DNA of 56,588 nucleotides from assembly GCA_021156325.1 (NCBI GenBank), contig JAJNDI010000018.1:1-56588 (forward strand), given 5' to 3'. Shown piece by piece: positions 1 through 10,800 of the stretch. Each line of letters starts with the position of its first letter. Position 1 is the stretch's first letter. Below the pieces are notes generated by a model. That model was not told where the DNA came from. It saw only the letters and a program-made list of their open reading frames with translations, and did no database searches. A program made the position numbers and the translations under genes. The stretch comes from Gammaproteobacteria bacterium (lineage in GTDB: Bacteria; Pseudomonadota; Gammaproteobacteria; JAJFKG01).

Positions 1-1750
1 CCGGGGTGACTTCCACCAATTCATCATCTTCAATAAATTCCAAAGCCTGTTCCAGCGTGAATTTAATGGGCGGGGTGAGAATAATGTTTTCATCCGATCC
101 AGACGCCCGAATGTTCGTTAGCTGTTTACCTTTAATAACATTAACCACCAAATCATTATCTCGTGAATGAATGCCAACGATCATACCTTCATAAACTTCG
201 GTTTGCGGATCGATGCATAAACGCCCGCGTTCCTGCAGATTCCACAATGAATAGGCGGTGGCTTTTCCCGGGACATTCGCAATGAGTACGCCATTTTTAC
301 GCGGTGCTACTTTGCCTGGTTTTGTCGGTGCATAATGAACAAACACATGGTGCAATAACCCCGTGCCTGAAGTTATGGTCATAAATTCTGTGTGAAAGCC
401 TATTAAACCCCGTGTCGGAATAATGAAATCCAACCGCACCCGGCCTTTGCCATCGGGCACCATATTTTTTAATTCCGCTTTGCGTTCACTTAAGCGTTCA
501 ATAATAGTGCCTTGATGACGGTCTTCAATATCCACAGTCAATTCTTCATAGGGCTCTTGCTGCACGCCGTCGACTTCTTTCATGATCACTTCGGCGCGTG
601 ATACCGCCAATTCATATCCTTCGCGCCTCATGGTTTCAATCAAGATCCCTAAGTGCAATTCCCCGCGTCCAGAAACTTGAAATTTATCGGGATCGTTATC
701 AGATTTTACTCGAAGCGCGACATTGCGGATCAATTCCCGCTGCAGGCGTTCATCCAGTTGACGGCTTGTTAAATATTTTCCTTCGCGTCCTGCAAAAGGA
801 GATTTGTTTACCATGAAAGTCATATTGACAGTCGGTTCGTCCACCGACAGTGGCGGCAGTGCCGTGACCTCTTCAGGTGAACAGAGTGTGTCTGAAATTT
901 CGATGGGTTCAATGCCTGTGATGGCGATAATATCGCCTGCGTCAGCATCTTCTACCGATAATCGCTCTAATCCGAGATAACCAAAGACTTGGCCAATTTT
1001 CCCGTTACGGGTTTTACCGGTTTTGGTGATGAGCGTGATTGAATCACCGGGTTTCACATGACCGCGCTTGATACGGCCTATTCCGATAGGGCCTAAATAA
1101 GAGGAATAATCGAGCGATGAAATCTGCATTTGAAAGGGAGCATTCAAATCGACATCGGGGGCAGGGACTTTATCGATAATCGTTTGAAAAACAGCATCCA
1201 TGTTAGTGCCAGGGTGTGCGGGATCCAGGCAGGCATACCCTAACAAGGCAGAAGTATAAATAATAGGGAAATCCAATTGTGCATCCGTAGCACCAAGATT
1301 GTCGAAGAGATCAAATACTTGATCGACCACCCAATCAGGTCTTGCGCCCGGTCTGTCAACTTTATTGACGACTAGAATGGGATGCAGTCCTTGTGCAAAG
1401 GCTTTTTGCGTAACAAAGCGGGTTTGCGGCATGGGGCCGTCCACGGCATCAACGAGCAGCAAGACGGAATCAACCATTGATAAAATCCGCTCGACTTCAC
1501 CGCCAAAATCGGCATGCCCTGGGGTGTCGACGATATTAATGCGGTAATCTTTCCAGCGAATAGCGGTGTTTTTGGAAAGGATCGTTATGCCGCGCTCGCG
1601 TTCCAGTTCATTGCTGTCCATGACCCGCTCAGTCAGGTTAGCGCGGCTGTCGAGCGTGCCGGATTGGCGCAAGAGTTTGTCAACCAGGGTGGTTTTCCCA
1701 TGATCAACGTGGGCGATAATGGCAATATTACGTAATTTTATAGTACTCAC
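1..1750 (-). CDS. typA: Translational GTPase TypA/BipA (3' end runs off the window)
   Basis: Manual minus-strand translation from GTG at 1750: (M)[30 protein letters not shown]...[10 protein letters not shown]...[18 protein letters not shown]. Absent from the ORF track because there is no stop inside the window. Confidence 0.96.
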   Translation of the reverse strand, partial: MSTIKLRNIAIIAHVDHGKTTLVDKLLRQSGTLDSRANLTERVMDSNELERERGITILSKNTAIRWKDYRINIVDTPGHADFGGEVERILSMVDSVLLLVDAVDGPMPQTRFVTQKAFAQGLHPILVVNKVDRPGARPDWVVDQVFDLFDNLGATDAQLDFPIIYTSALLGYACLDPAHPGTNMDAVFQTIIDKVPAPDVDLNAPFQMQISSLDYSSYLGPIGIGRIKRGHVKPGDSITLITKTGKTRNGKIGQVFGYLGLERLSVEDADAGDIIAITGIEPIEISDTLCSPEEVTALPPLSVDEPTVNMTFMVNKSPFAGREGKYLTSRQLDERLQRELIRNVALRVKSDNDPDKFQVSGRGELHLGILIETMRREGYELAVSRAEVIMKEVDGVQQEPYEELTVDIEDRHQGTIIERLSERKAELKNMVPDGKGRVRLDFIIPTRGLIGFHTEFMTITSGTGLLHHVFVHYAPTKPGKVAPRKNGVLIANVPGKATAYSLWNLQERGRLCIDPQTEVYEGMIVGIHSRDNDLVVNVIKGKQLTNIRASGSDENIILTPPIKFTLEQALEFIEDDELVEVTP

Positions 1751-1843
1751 AGAGATTCCTCTTTCCAAAGCGAATAAAGCAAAGCATTATAGCGTTGTTT
1801 GGGGGGGTTGTCTCATGTTTGATTTCCCTAGCTAAAGTTTTTA

Positions 1844-1860
1844 CCCCCTTTGAAAAGGGG
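1844..1860. repeat. Truncated copy of the CCCCCTTTGAAAAAGGGGG palindromic repeat (family B)
   Basis: ccccctttgaaaagggg matches the core seen at 16375, 24889, 26034, 33181 and 44049. Confidence 0.6.
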
Positions 1861-1876
1861 TTGTTGCATAAATACA

Positions 1877-1980
1877 TAGATCCCGGACAACTCCGAAGCC
1901 TCGCCTCGGAATTTCCGGGATGACGTAGTACCCGAGAAGTTCGTCATCCCAGAAACGCCGTAGGCGTTGTCCGGGATCCA
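1877..1980. repeat. REP-like inverted doublet (family A, GTCATCCC.GAAA...CCGGGATC)
   Basis: The left unit tagatcccggacaac...tttccgggatgacg and the right unit cgtcatcccagaaa...gttgtccgggatcca are inverted relatives separated by 16 nt. A third copy lies at 39841-39890. Confidence 0.85.
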
Positions 1981-2077
1981 TTCTTCTCTTATTTACAAGA
2001 ACAAACAAACACTTAAGCAATTCTATACAGTCGTTGACTATACTTAGTGGTATAGCCCCATTATTTTGAGAGCAGCG

Positions 2078-2659
2078 ATGAAAGACTTTCTCTTACAGTC
2101 CACCAGCATGGCGCAATGGCACGCTGTGTTAAATGAGGCGCAAGCTTCACGCATCATGAATTTGGCCCCCGATCTCGAAAATTATTTAGTATTTTTACTG
2201 ATGCGATTTACCTCTGAAATTGCACTGGCTGAGAAAAGGGTTGCGCTTGATTTTCTGGAGAGCGTAGAAAGTACCGGGCTTAAGCATGATGAAAAATTAC
2301 AACAGGTTGGCGATACGTGTTTATTATTGTCGGGGCTTTTTCCGGGAATAGCTGAAAGACGCTGGGTGAAAGTAAGTTACTTTGTAGACGTGGGACAATC
2401 TGCTTACGGCGTTTTAGCACAAAGAAAGCAATCTTCGGAAAGGGATTTATTTACTGAATTGTGCAATGGTTTCGTTGCCATGATGGATGTTTTGCAAGCA
2501 ACACGCAATGTTGCGCTTGAGCAATCGATCGCGCCTCAAAAAACATTAACCGATATTGAACTATGGAACGATACCCGCAGCCAAAGCGCCTATGAACGCT
2601 TGGCGGCAGGTAGAACAATGCCCTTGGCTCAAGGTTGCCTCAGTGATAAAAAGCATTAG
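2078..2659 (+). CDS. Hypothetical protein (likely conserved; GDxCLLLSGLFPG motif)
   Basis: ORF 2066..2659; ATG at 2078 preferred. Globular composition; TATACT -10-like hexamer upstream. Confidence 0.75.
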   Translation: MKDFLLQSTSMAQWHAVLNEAQASRIMNLAPDLENYLVFLLMRFTSEIALAEKRVALDFLESVESTGLKHDEKLQQVGDTCLLLSGLFPGIAERRWVKVSYFVDVGQSAYGVLAQRKQSSERDLFTELCNGFVAMMDVLQATRNVALEQSIAPQKTLTDIELWNDTRSQSAYERLAAGRTMPLAQGCLSDKKH

Positions 2660-2671
2660 AGTTATTGCTCT

Positions 2672-5600
2672 CTACGTATTGATGAAGCCCCATTCATTAT
2701 CCTCTACATCATCATCTGGTTTCCAATGTGGGGAATTGTTTGCAGCAGGAGTGAACTGTCCAAACAAAGTAGCCAAACTGTTAAGACAACCAGCGGATTG
2801 CTCATCGCCGTTTTTTTCGGTGGTTTCGTTTGCTTGGCTAGCTTCCATAGGTTTAATATGCTTTTGATAAACCTCAGCGCTACCTTTGTTCATCCATTCC
2901 CCGATTTCTTCCCATATAGCTTCGTTGCTTCCTTCAGGGGTAGGAAAACACTTTTTGATGAGCCAATTATCAAATCGGCGAATAGCGAGAAAGTTAATAG
3001 GGTATGCACTTCCCAGGGAGATCAAGCTATTCATTACCATGCTTATATCACAGGGAATAGCAGAACTTAACATATGCATCGCACTTAAAGTGGAAAGCAA
3101 ACCCAATCCAGACTCCGGCAGCATACGGAATATTTCAGCCTTGCTGAGGGGAACATAACTTAATTCTTCTGATGTACTATCGGAAAAAGAAGCACGTGCT
3201 CTTACACATAAGTAAACCATGCTATGAATTATCGCATGAGAGATGTCCCAGGCCGCTGGGCCTAGCAAAAATGCCCGGCTTACGCAGGAGGCTATTGCCG
3301 AAAACCATTCTGCTTCTGCAGGAATTGCATAAGAGAAAATATGATTATAATTGAAAGCAGGGAAGAAGAACCCGTTATAACTTAAAGCAAATACAGAGCC
3401 TACTGTAAATATTCGAGCGCAAGCAATAGCGAGGTCAATAACCGCATTATCTTGAACATCGTGATAAAGCCCTTTTACCAGGTTTTTTTTAAGATTGTCG
3501 GAGAGTTTTGCCCCTTTTTCCTCTAGTCTCTCGATTAATCCGTTTAATTTTTCCTTCTTGAATTCATGGATCCAGGCAGCTTTGTAATTGCCGAAAAAGG
3601 CGTCCAGAAAGTTGTTGAGAGTGCCGGCGGTGTAAATGGAGATCAGGAGCCCTGTAGAAAATACTTGCGATATGGTAAAAGCTGCACCAACCGCGCCCAG
3701 ACTAATACCGGTGACATAATCAATCCCCTTTTTAAGAGCCTGAGTTGAATCACGAGCCATTAGAGCGAGAACGTAAAAAGCACCTCCTGTCATCGAGGCA
3801 ATAGTGCCCGTTGTAATATAAGCTATGGCAACTTTACCCTTGGATAACTTCTGAGGATAGTTGCATAAAGTATCTTTAAAGTCAGTCATTCCGGTCGGAA
3901 TATCAAATACTGAAAAAGGGCCTTGAGGTAAGTTAGCCCATACGCTGCCGGTAATAGCAAACCCGATAAAAACCCAGTTGTTAAGGAATGTTCTGGCAGA
4001 TTCCGTTGTAAAGACAGCAAACATGGGAACGCTGGTAATACCTAAAAAGCCTGCTGCACCGTACTGAAAACCACTCCAAAAATGGTCTGCAACACAATGA
4101 CGTGAAAAGGAAGAAGCGCCGGCATTTTTTTTGGCAGGATCATCATTAACATTAACGAGTAACGGCTCTCGTTCACGATCACTAAGCTCGTCGGCGGCCA
4201 CTTCGACTAATGCTCCTTCCCCTTCTTCTACTTGCTCTGTGTCTGCTGCCTTTTTAGGTTTACTTTTATAATGAAGTATGGCATGGCCTAAAACCAGCAC
4301 ACCTGATACCACAAAGCAGGGCCAGATACAGTATGAATCCGGACCAAAACCGCTACTGTCGCTGTCATCAGGATAAAAGGGCGATGGGCTGGGTGATGGT
4401 TCAGTGTCGTTAGTATCTTCAGTAGTTGGCGTTGGTGATGGCGTTGACGAGGGTATAGGATTTAAAGACGGTGTTGGGGCCGGCACCGGTGATGGCGTTG
4501 ACGAGGGTATAGGATTTAAAGACGGTGTTGGGTAAAGACGGTGTTGGCGCTGGTGAGGGTGACGGTATGGGGGTTATGGGATTAATGGGTGTGAAAGTAA
4601 CATTTTCATTAAAGCCGAGATCGAGCGTAATAGTAGAAGAAACTATATTATATCCCTCGTTATTACACACTTCACGATGTGCTTCATAATCCTCTTCGCG
4701 TTTTTGATTAAGGGGCCCTTGTGCACAACCACCGTCATTGAACTTACCGGTTTCTGTTCTTACTCCAAAGTTAGCGGTGGTTTTTTCAGCGGCTTGACAC
4801 CAATCAAGCCCTTCAGCACTTGCTCGAAAATATTTGGCTGAAGTTGCCATTGAAACCTTTGCATTCACCGCTTCTCCATGAAAAGTGATAGTATCATTTT
4901 CAGTATCAGTCGTGGCATAAAAGAAAAGATTGTCGCTTTCAAAGTTTTCGATAGTGGAATCTTGCAGACTTATCACAACGTTAGCAGGATTGGAGTTAGT
5001 AGAATGGATCTTTAAATTTTTAATATTCACATTCTTGAGAATAATGATATCTCCATCGGTATTAAGTTCAACATTCTCGCCTTCAAGACCGCAGAGATTG
5101 ATACCTTTTGACGGAGATAAGGGCACCGAAGTTAAATCCGCATAAAGCCCCTCGGATGCATCACTATTAACTACTTGCCAGGGCGTAAAGTAAGTACAAT
5201 TAAGAACACGGGTAGCAGAAACGTTTGAGCCAGTGATGACGGTATTGACTTCCGAACTTAAGAATTGTGCATTAGACAGATCACTGCCTGCGGGGAAAAC
5301 GAAGCCTGAGAAACCAGTGCTGGTATCTGGGGTTGTACTAAATATTACTCCTGATATAACTGTTCCCGGCATAATAATGGGTCGGCCATTTATTTGCTTA
5401 TTATAAAGCGGATAACACGTAGCGGAGGCCCCTTGCTCAATGATCGTACCCTCATCACCAATAACAGTGACGGTACTATTAACACCATTTAAATCTTCAC
5501 CAAACTTGATCGGATTTGCAGGATCTTCCAATAGATCATTTTGTTGCTTGAGTGACAAGCTGCCTGTTGTGTAAGTTAAGACATTTCCATATGCTTCTTG

Positions 5601-5987
5601 GAAACCGCCGTTCATTGCCATTTGGCAAGGAGCTGATGATTGTGTCCCATATTCAATATGAGTGTAATCCTGTCTGCTCAAAGAGTTCCTCATTCTGCTG
5701 CGAAGGTTGCGTCCAGCTATATTTTCCCTACTTTCTTCTGCTGATCGTGATAGAACGCCCAGCATGGGCGCCAGCAAAGTGATAAAAAAGGTTAAACCGA
5801 AAACTACCACTATAAAAGTCAGCATAATGACAAGAGCTTGAGAAGATGAAAATGGATATGACGATTCTGCAGGAGCAGGTGAAGAAGGTTCTTGCCCAAA
5901 CAGCTGTGCTATTTCTTGATACTCAGGATCCAAGGGGAGCTCGATGCGGGGATTGCGTCGTGATCGGATGGCGTTAGACTTAGGCAT
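2672..5987 (-). pseudogene. Large multi-pass membrane protein, cassette A; split by a frameshift in its Pro/Thr repeat (ORFs 4419..5987 + 2672..4486)
   Basis: Both halves align in order with the 1411-aa paralog at 7881..12116 ([78 protein letters not shown]). Removing 16 nt at about 4532-4547 restores one ~1099-aa frame. Confidence 0.8.
4434..4547 (-). repeat. 54-bp in-gene tandem repeat (APTPSLNPIPSSTPSPVP), about 2 units plus a 16-nt remnant
   Basis: Identical 44-mers start at 4434 and 4488 (period 54). The 15-mer taaagacggtgttgg recurs at 4517 and 4533. Confidence 0.9.
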
Positions 5988-6051
5988 AATGATTCCTCTA
6001 TTTTTAATAATTAAAACGATACTTTATGATGGGACAAATGTTAACGTTTAA

Positions 6052-7482
6052 TTAAGACATAATCCTCGTATCAACAAATTGGCATTGCTCGGGATGGTTT
6101 GGTCTATTGCATCGATATAGCGTCCCAGAAGTGTTAATCCAGTTACTGCTTTTACCGGTTTTTGCACCACTATAATGGTTGGTCATATTTACAGTATGTG
6201 TTCCAAGGTCATTTATTTCGTATGTACATATTCCCGAACTTGGATTGCTTGTATCAAAGGTAGCGTAAACAAAGCTTGCATCACCTATGTATGGACTGGG
6301 TGCATTCGTTTGATACCACCCATCTGATGCACTATAGTTACCGGTGCCATCACCGGTGACGGTAGCAGGGCAGCTCATAAAACCGGGAACCACTGAGCCA
6401 TCAGCTACGGCTAAAACGGTAGACATTCTGACGGCAGGGGTTTTTGTCCACTCAATCAGGCTTTGTTGAGAACCGGTTTCACTTAAATCCGCATAAGTGG
6501 CTTGATGAGCGCCGCCGACTGTATCATCAAAAGCGACATTAAAGCGAAGTCCTGTGGTGTAATAATGCTGATGGGAAGTTAAATCGTTGGTAGCCTCTGT
6601 CAGGGCTTCAATTTCGGTAGGCATGCCTTTGATAGAAGGCGTTAACCAGCTTAATCCGGCGCTGTAGCCATGCTCGGTTTGGCGAAGCTCCGAACTTAAA
6701 GTTAACTTCAAGGTGGGGAATAAGCGTTGTTCCATTTTTGCATGACCCCCGAAGCCTTGTACATCTTGATCAGCATATTGCGTATCAAAACGAACAGTGT
6801 CGTAATCGAGACCGCCGCTTAAGCGGCTGTAAGGCCACAAGTGCGTTGCGAGATTAAGATGCGCGTTGCCGCTGTTAGCGCCAGCAATGCGGCGTTGTTC
6901 GAGATAATCCAGATTGTTGACGGAATCGTGAAGGGTTTCACTGGCGATATCTTTACTCGGAGAATGGGTATAATAACCGCCAAAGCCTAAGGATTGCAGA
7001 GTTTTGTTATTCAGCATATAAGCATAATCTGCACCCAGCGCATTTTGGCCGACCCACTGAGACACGGTATCGCTTGTAAAATCATTTCCTACAAAGTCAA
7101 AATCGAGTTTTTCATCCAGACGTTCGCCTGTCACTTTAATACGTTGATGATTGCTAACATTAACCCCATAGGTTGCATTCAAGCGAAAAATACGAGGCCC
7201 GCCGTTTAATTCCAGCGCAGCAGCATGTTGACTATCAAAAAGGTAGCTCGATACTTTAGCTTCGCCTACAAAACCTAAAACCGAATCGTGATATCCGCTT
7301 AAGCTAAACCCTTCCTGAGAGAAAATACTGTCACTATTGAGGGTGTTTAGGCTATTTTCATGTAGAAGGGTGAGAGGCGTTTTATCGGAATTTGTCTCGT
7401 TTGCAGCGGCATAAGAGAAGAAACTGATATTCATCAGAACGCAAAACATTATGCATTTGCCAATATTGCTTATCCTTGCCAT
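6052..7482 (-). CDS. Sec-exported outer-membrane beta-barrel-like protein with a C-terminal 4-Cys domain (inverse-autotransporter-like; tip resembles DUF3757), cassette A
   Basis: Signal peptide MARISNIGK...FFSYAA. Amphipathic beta-strand pattern (FRLNATYGVNV, LGFGGYY, YSAGLSW, TGLRFNVAF). Tip CP...C.Y...C...CQF. Close paralog of 12184..13512. Family calls are from memory of motifs. Confidence 0.65.
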   Translation of the reverse strand: MARISNIGKCIMFCVLMNISFFSYAAANETNSDKTPLTLLHENSLNTLNSDSIFSQEGFSLSGYHDSVLGFVGEAKVSSYLFDSQHAAALELNGGPRIFRLNATYGVNVSNHQRIKVTGERLDEKLDFDFVGNDFTSDTVSQWVGQNALGADYAYMLNNKTLQSLGFGGYYTHSPSKDIASETLHDSVNNLDYLEQRRIAGANSGNAHLNLATHLWPYSRLSGGLDYDTVRFDTQYADQDVQGFGGHAKMEQRLFPTLKLTLSSELRQTEHGYSAGLSWLTPSIKGMPTEIEALTEATNDLTSHQHYYTTGLRFNVAFDDTVGGAHQATYADLSETGSQQSLIEWTKTPAVRMSTVLAVADGSVVPGFMSCPATVTGDGTGNYSASDGWYQTNAPSPYIGDASFVYATFDTSNPSSGICTYEINDLGTHTVNMTNHYSGAKTGKSSNWINTSGTLYRCNRPNHPEQCQFVDTRIMS

Positions 7483-7554
7483 CGCATTTATTTCCTGCAT
7501 CTTTATTTAAGGTATCAATATCCATCAAAACATCCGGCCTTTTGATAGAAGACC

Positions 7555-7726
7555 AGCGAAGTCGTTTCTTCTGATCAATGAATCCTTTTGAAGAAGATGA
7601 CGGTGAAATGGGCAATAACGGCCTCGGATAAGGGGTTAATGTCCAATCGGTTACCTTATTTTATAGTGAGAATAAATGGCTATTCCAAGCCACGCTAACC
7701 GTTTGCTTCGGGTAAGAATATTAACA
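7555..7726 (-). promoter_or_regulatory. Extended -10 promoter (TGtTAATAT, 7718-7726) plus conserved GGA-rich 5' leader, cassette A
   Basis: Non-coding but clearly homologous, with indels, to 13585-13753. An identical 22-mer occurs at 7582-7603 and 13609-13630. Confidence 0.65.
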
Positions 7727-7880
7727 AAAGAGATTATAAGAGACAAGTCATCTCCTAACAAAAACAGTGAATAACATTCAACTGTAGCAGGATACCCACA
7801 ACCAAGCCGCTTATCAGCGGTTGGCTGCGGCCCTCCCCATACCTTCGCTACTGACTATCTCAGTTATACCAGGCATCAGT

Positions 7881-10800
7881 TTAATTATTAATTACTAGGC
7901 CATCTTCTACTTTTTCTGCTCTTTCTGCTGTGCTGATATACTCTTCAAAACCGGATTGGAAGAGGTTACTAAAAAAGCAGTTTCTATTATTGACCAATCC
8001 TGATACCTCCGTTTGCATTCTTGGATAAGGAGTATCTTCAATATTATTTGGATCAGCGCTTTTGGCAATTACCACACTAATAATAATTCTTTGGATATAT
8101 TCTGGTGTGAGAAATAAATCAGGATGAATTTTTTGTATATTTTTTTGTATTTGACATAAAAGTCCATACAGTTGTCCTGAAAGTGAATCTTGAATAATTT
8201 CTTCAGTGAAAAATTGTTGAATGTATTGTGGGTCTTCTAAAGAGTTCAGGGTTTTTGTGGTATAAACTTCCATGAATGCGATATCTTGCAAGCTTTCATG
8301 ATAAGCCATGCTGTTTTGAATATCAGCTTTCAGTCCTGAAGGATTTTCTCGATTTATAAAGTTACCCAGTTTTGTGATTAATAAGTCGTACATTGAAAAA
8401 AGATTCAGGGGTATTGCGCCCATAGAACCTAATAGGAGCCCAATCCATCTTGCTTTTTCCGGGGAGAGTGATATACCGGCCAAATCACTCAGGCGGGATA
8501 AGAAGTAATTCATATTCATACCGGCTCCGCTAAAACCGCCGCAAGGAAATACCGTACCGATTATCCAGAGAGCTGCCATACCGTTTAGGACATTACTTTT
8601 ATTTTTCCTAAGCCAGGATAGAAAACCTTCTGGTGAATCCGGTGAAGATCTAAGCTCTCTGCAGAATTGAATGAAATTGGAAAAAATCTGGGGAGATCTT
8701 TTGATGAGAGCGACTAATTGCTTGGTCCCATTATAGGCCGTGGGGCCAAAAATCTGAAAGAAGCGAATGTACAAACCCGTTGCGATCGCGATTTCAATTC
8801 GTGACCAATCCAGATGAGAAGAGCTTCCTCCTGTACTGGAGGGATCACAGATAGCATCGTGAGGCGGAATAATAATCTCACTGGGAGGAATAAGCGCAGA
8901 TAAAAAATAGGATATGCTGGTTGTAGCAGCGGGTATGCCTATAAGAGTGCCTATGATAACGTGCGCAGCATCCTCACTGAAGGAAGACCATTGCGTATTT
9001 TCGCTTGTTGGAACCGAGCTCTCATCTAAGGCTTGTAGCGCAGCAGTTTCAGAAGTTAACAAAACTTTTTTCAGCATTTCGCCTATCGCAGCCTTATGGG
9101 TTCCAAATACAAAGCGGTTTAGATTTCTGCACAAATTACCGGTGTATAAGGCAACATTTGAAGCAATAATAGAATCTGCAGCAGCATTAATAGGAAAATA
9201 TTTACCTAGGGGCGCAGAGAAGTTACAAAGAAAATGAGCAGAACTGAGCGCTGATCCCGTTGACATTTCTGCTGAACCCCAGACAGCCAACGTGAGGGGA
9301 GCTATATTGCTCACCCCCGCTATCCAATACAAAAAAGTTTCCAGAGCTGTTTCAGTATCAGGACGGTTATACAAGCTTAATACAATACTTTCTATAGAAG
9401 GTAAAATGATGCTCATGAAATAAGCAGTAACAATGATGTTTTGTCCAAAGCCTGCCCATAAAGCATCAGTGGTCAACTCGGGAAAATAGTCTTCTGCAAA
9501 TTCTCCGGAAAATCTTATAAATACGCTGGTACTAAGAAGATCAAGGAAAAGGACGCCGCCTACGGAGACTAGACTCAGATGAAATGGGGAAAATAAACTT
9601 TTAGCGAGACGCAGCACTTTATCACGTGTTTCTTTGCAATCAGTGTCTTGATAATTTTTTCCCGATTCTCTGGAAAAGCTGGCTAAGAGAAGCTGGAGTT
9701 TTTGTGGATTAAGATTTACAAGAGATATTACCTCTGCTTGATCTAGCAAAGCGTTTAGAGGAATGAAAGGAAAGGTGTTTGCTCCTTCTGCTTGATCTCT
9801 ACCCCTATCTTCTTCAACCTCAACTTCCTCGATGTCTTCATGTCCGTCTGACGCTACAGGAAGAAGGGGCGCTCCTTCATCTAAGGCTTCGATGCGGGAG
9901 CGTGAAGATTTTTCTTGGGAGCTTTCCACTAACTGTCGTGTTTTTTCTTGAAATTCTTTCTCAATAGCAGGTTGTTTATATCGTGTGAGAAAAAAAGCAG
10001 CTGTGTTAGTTCCAAAGTAAAGAAGCGTGCTCCAGAACAACCACCCCATAGAATAAGTTGATTGCTGATCAGTGGGAGTTGGTGTCGGAGTGGGTTTTGC
10101 AGCAGGTGTTGGCCCTGGCGTTGGTGTCGGTAATGGACTTGGTTTTGCAGCAGGTGTTGGTCCTGGCGTTGGTGTCGGTAATGGACTTGGTTTTGCAGCA
10201 GGTGTTGGTCCTGGCGTTGGTGTCGGTAATGGACTTGGTTTTGCAGCAGGTGTTGGCCCTGGCGTTGGTGTCGGTAATGGACTTGGTTTTGCAGTAGGTG
10301 TTGTTGCTGGCGTTGGCGTCGGTAACGGAGTTGGTTTCGACGTTGGTGTTGATGTTGGTTTTGGAGTCGGCGCAGGCGGTATTATCGGTGTGGGACTGGG
10401 GCTTGGTTTTTGTGTCCACGAATTAAAATAAGACGTACCATCATTGTAACCCAGATACAGAGTTATCCATTTAAGAGGATCTCCTAACCAATAACCCAAG
10501 CAGCTTGCTAAATAGCTATTATTACGCTCTTCTGTAGTATCAACCTGGCAGCCATTGCTGTTTTCATTAAACTCTTGGGCAATTTCTTGCTCATAGGTGC
10601 ACGTATCAAGATTTCCTTTTATAGTCTGAACGCCCACTATCGGTGTTGCGCTGACTAAACTGACATTAGAATATCCCCCTAATTCTCCCAAAACTTGCGC
10701 AATGCCATCTACCACTTGAATAGCATTGGTCGTAAGCTTCTCGATACTTGCCCCCACCATACGGAATACAGTGTTTTTAGCCGTTGACATCAACGATAGA

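Noticed and set aside
598-1735. Plus-strand ORFs 598..816, 1365..1547 and 1514..1735
   Set aside because: Antisense shadows of typA.
2012-2044. cttaagcaattctatacag...tatact as a second PmrA box
   Set aside because: The second half-site is CTATA rather than CTTAA; too degenerate to call.
7689-7702. ops/JUMPstart-like CGGTTAGCGTG in leader A
   Set aside because: Needs an insertion relative to GGCGGTAG and is not conserved in leader B.
10058-10431. Repetitive ORFs (GVGVG..., VLQQVL..., CCKTKS...) and a possible CRISPR-like array
   Set aside because: Alternative frames of the 48-bp Pro/Thr coding repeat; there are no unique spacers and no cas genes.
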